NCBI RefSeq assembly: GCF_009914755.1
Contig: NC_060931.1
Strand: one strand, 5' to 3'
DNA from: the human T2T-CHM13v2.0 reference genome, Homo sapiens
DNA: 64,000 nucleotides
In this document: one piece after another, positions 61,707 to 64,000 of the stretch
Numbering within the stretch: position 1 is the stretch's first letter
Layout: each line of letters starts with the position of its first letter
Notes under the pieces: generated by a model
What the model saw: only the letters and a program-made list of their open reading frames with translations
What the model was told of the DNA's origin: nothing
Databases searched by the model: none
Program-made: the position numbers and the translations under genes

Positions 61707-62365
61707 TGTTACCAAATTGAACTGGGGTCCCCTTACCCAGTGCAGTAAAGCCAAATATCCACACTGAGGTTTTGCAGCAGGAGAAAGGAGGGCATTTATT
61801 TGCAGGGCACCAAGCAAGGAGAATTGGGCAGATCACACTTAAGACCTGACCTCCCCGATGGCTTGTAAGCAAGGATTTTTAAAGGCAGGGGTACATTTCA
61901 GGAAAGTAGAAGTTGCAGGCAAAATTTTAAACCAATACATGAAGGTTATACATTGATTTGGCCCAAAAAGGCAGGATATTTTGAAGTGGAGAGGCTTGCG
62001 GGCCAGAGGTGGATTCAAAGACTCTGATTTGTGATTGGTTAAGGAAGTGAAGCTTTGTCTAAAAACTTGGGGTCAAGCAGAAAGGAATGTTAAGGCCTGG
62101 CCTGTGTTTGTGACTTCCTCCAGGCCCTGCAGGAAGAAATTTAGAACAAATAATTGCAGCAAAAGTTCAGTCCTCAGCTCCCCCTATCTGAGATCTATAT
62201 ACCAGCAGATCTGTTTGGTGGGGCCTGGGTTTCTTCTTGCTTACCAGGTTGCTCACTTACTTCTCAGGGCTAGCTAGGTGCCTGGAATTTCCTTAAAGGA
62301 ACTCAAGATTTTCCTTTATTTCCATCCTTGGGGGGCCCAGCAGGCTTCTAAGAAGGTTCCCTGCT
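61707..62365 (-). mobile_element. ERV1-class LTR (MER31-like)
   Basis: TGTTACCAAATTGAACTGGGGTCC...TTTATTTGCAGGGCACCAAGCAAGGAGAATTGGGCAG, with a minus-strand AATAAA near 61795. Confidence 0.55.
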
Positions 62366-62432
62366 CCTTCTCAGGGATGAATGCGGTAAACATCTCTCAA
62401 GAAGCCTGTCTGCAGTGTGTGCTATCTCACTG

Positions 62433-62861
<429 letters not shown>

Positions 62862-63337
62862 TGATACCTGACTTTTTGCCTTGATTTAAAGGGTCAGAGA
62901 TGGGGCAGAAAGTACTTAGACAGACACACCCTATATCAGAAAGGAGGCTGCTTTAGCCTCCCAGCACAGTGTATACTCCTTGTAGGGCGCATATATAATA
63001 GAACAAGGAGTTGACTGGCATGTATTCTGCTTTGTGACATTGCTAGTGGTGGTGAAGAAGGGCTCAGCGCAACCAAACCATGCAGAGTTGTTTCAGCTAC
63101 TTTCACAACTCCCTGGGTCAGGGGTTGTATATGACCCTGCTCATGCCTTTCCTGGTAAACCACTAGTACCCTTGCTAATAGCAGCCTCTGAATGTGGGCC
63201 ATTGTGACAGGTCCTCCTACAGGAGACAGGAGTCTAACTTTGGAGAGTCCTAGCGGCAGAGAGCACAAGCTGTGTGCTAGTGGGAAAGTGACCACAGATG
63301 TGATCCAGTGTTTCATCTGCAGACTCTAAATATTTAC

Positions 63338-64000
63338 TGACCTCAAAAGCAAATCCAACAAAAACAAAACTTGACAACTGGGACCTAATTAAACTAAAAA
63401 GCTTCTGCACAGCACAAGAAACTATCAACAGCGTAAACAGACAGCTGACAGAATGGGAGACAATATTTGCAAACTATGCATCTGACAAAGGACTGATATT
63501 CAGATTCTATGTGGAACTTAAACAAATCAACAAGAAAAAACCCCCAGATAAACCCATTAAAAAGGGGGCAAAGGACATAAACAGGAACTTTTTGAAAGAA
63601 GACATACAAGTGGCTAACAAATGTGAAAAAATGCTCAACATCATCAATCATTAGAGAAATGCAAATCAAAACCACTATGAGATACCACAGCACACCAGTA
63701 AGAATGGCTATTAATAAAAAGTCAAAAAACTCCACCAGATAATGGCAAGGTTGTGTAGGAAAAAAAAAAATCCGCTTATACACTGTTGGTGGGAATGTAA
63801 ATTAGTTCAGCCCCTGTGGAAAGCAGTTTGGAGATTAATCAAAGGACTAAAAGTAGAAGTACCTTTTGACCCAGCAATTCCATGACTGGGTATATGCCCA
63901 AAGGAAAATAAATTATTTTACCAAAGGACACCTGCACCTGTATATTCTTCACAGCCATATTCACGATAGCAAAGACCTAGAACCAGCATAGGTGCTCATC
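63338..64000 (+). mobile_element. Decayed L1 ORF2 3' region, running off the window
   Basis: TGGGACCTAATTAAACTAAAAAGCTTCTGCACAGC...GCAAACTATGCATCTGACAAAGG...GAAATGCAAATCAAAACCAC...TACACTGTTGGTGGGAATGTAAATTAG. Confidence 0.9.

Noticed and set aside
62936-63316. 126-aa minus-strand ORF in non-Alu sequence
   Set aside because: No family recognised in any frame, and it is flanked by transposon debris. It cannot be supported without a search.
63394-63783. 129-aa hydrophobic ORF resembling a membrane protein
   Set aside because: Antisense translation of L1 ORF2.

Overview
Mammalian, Alu-dense genomic DNA. I recognise it from the encoded proteins as human 7p11.2. It holds the last six coding exons of SUMF2 (+), the complete PHKG1 (-, 387 aa), CHCHD2 (-, 151 aa) and NUPR2/NUPR1L (-, 97 aa) genes, and a U13 snoRNA retrocopy. 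Beyond NUPR2 lies a duplicon-like block with two decayed GTF2I exons, whose intron hosts a chain of exon-like segments from a gene I cannot identify. Most ORFs in the supplied track are Alu translations. There are no prokaryotic-type systems. The most notable unexplained structure is a ~300-bp non-Alu inverted duplication bracketing PHKG1 exons 5-6. One arm contains an in-frame 96-nt cassette exon. The other arm carries a perfect 5' splice site that closes an in-frame Alu-derived candidate exon. Together these suggest an RNA-duplex splicing switch around the kinase core. Coordinates were counted by hand, and repeat-family names come from memory of consensus sequences, not from a search.
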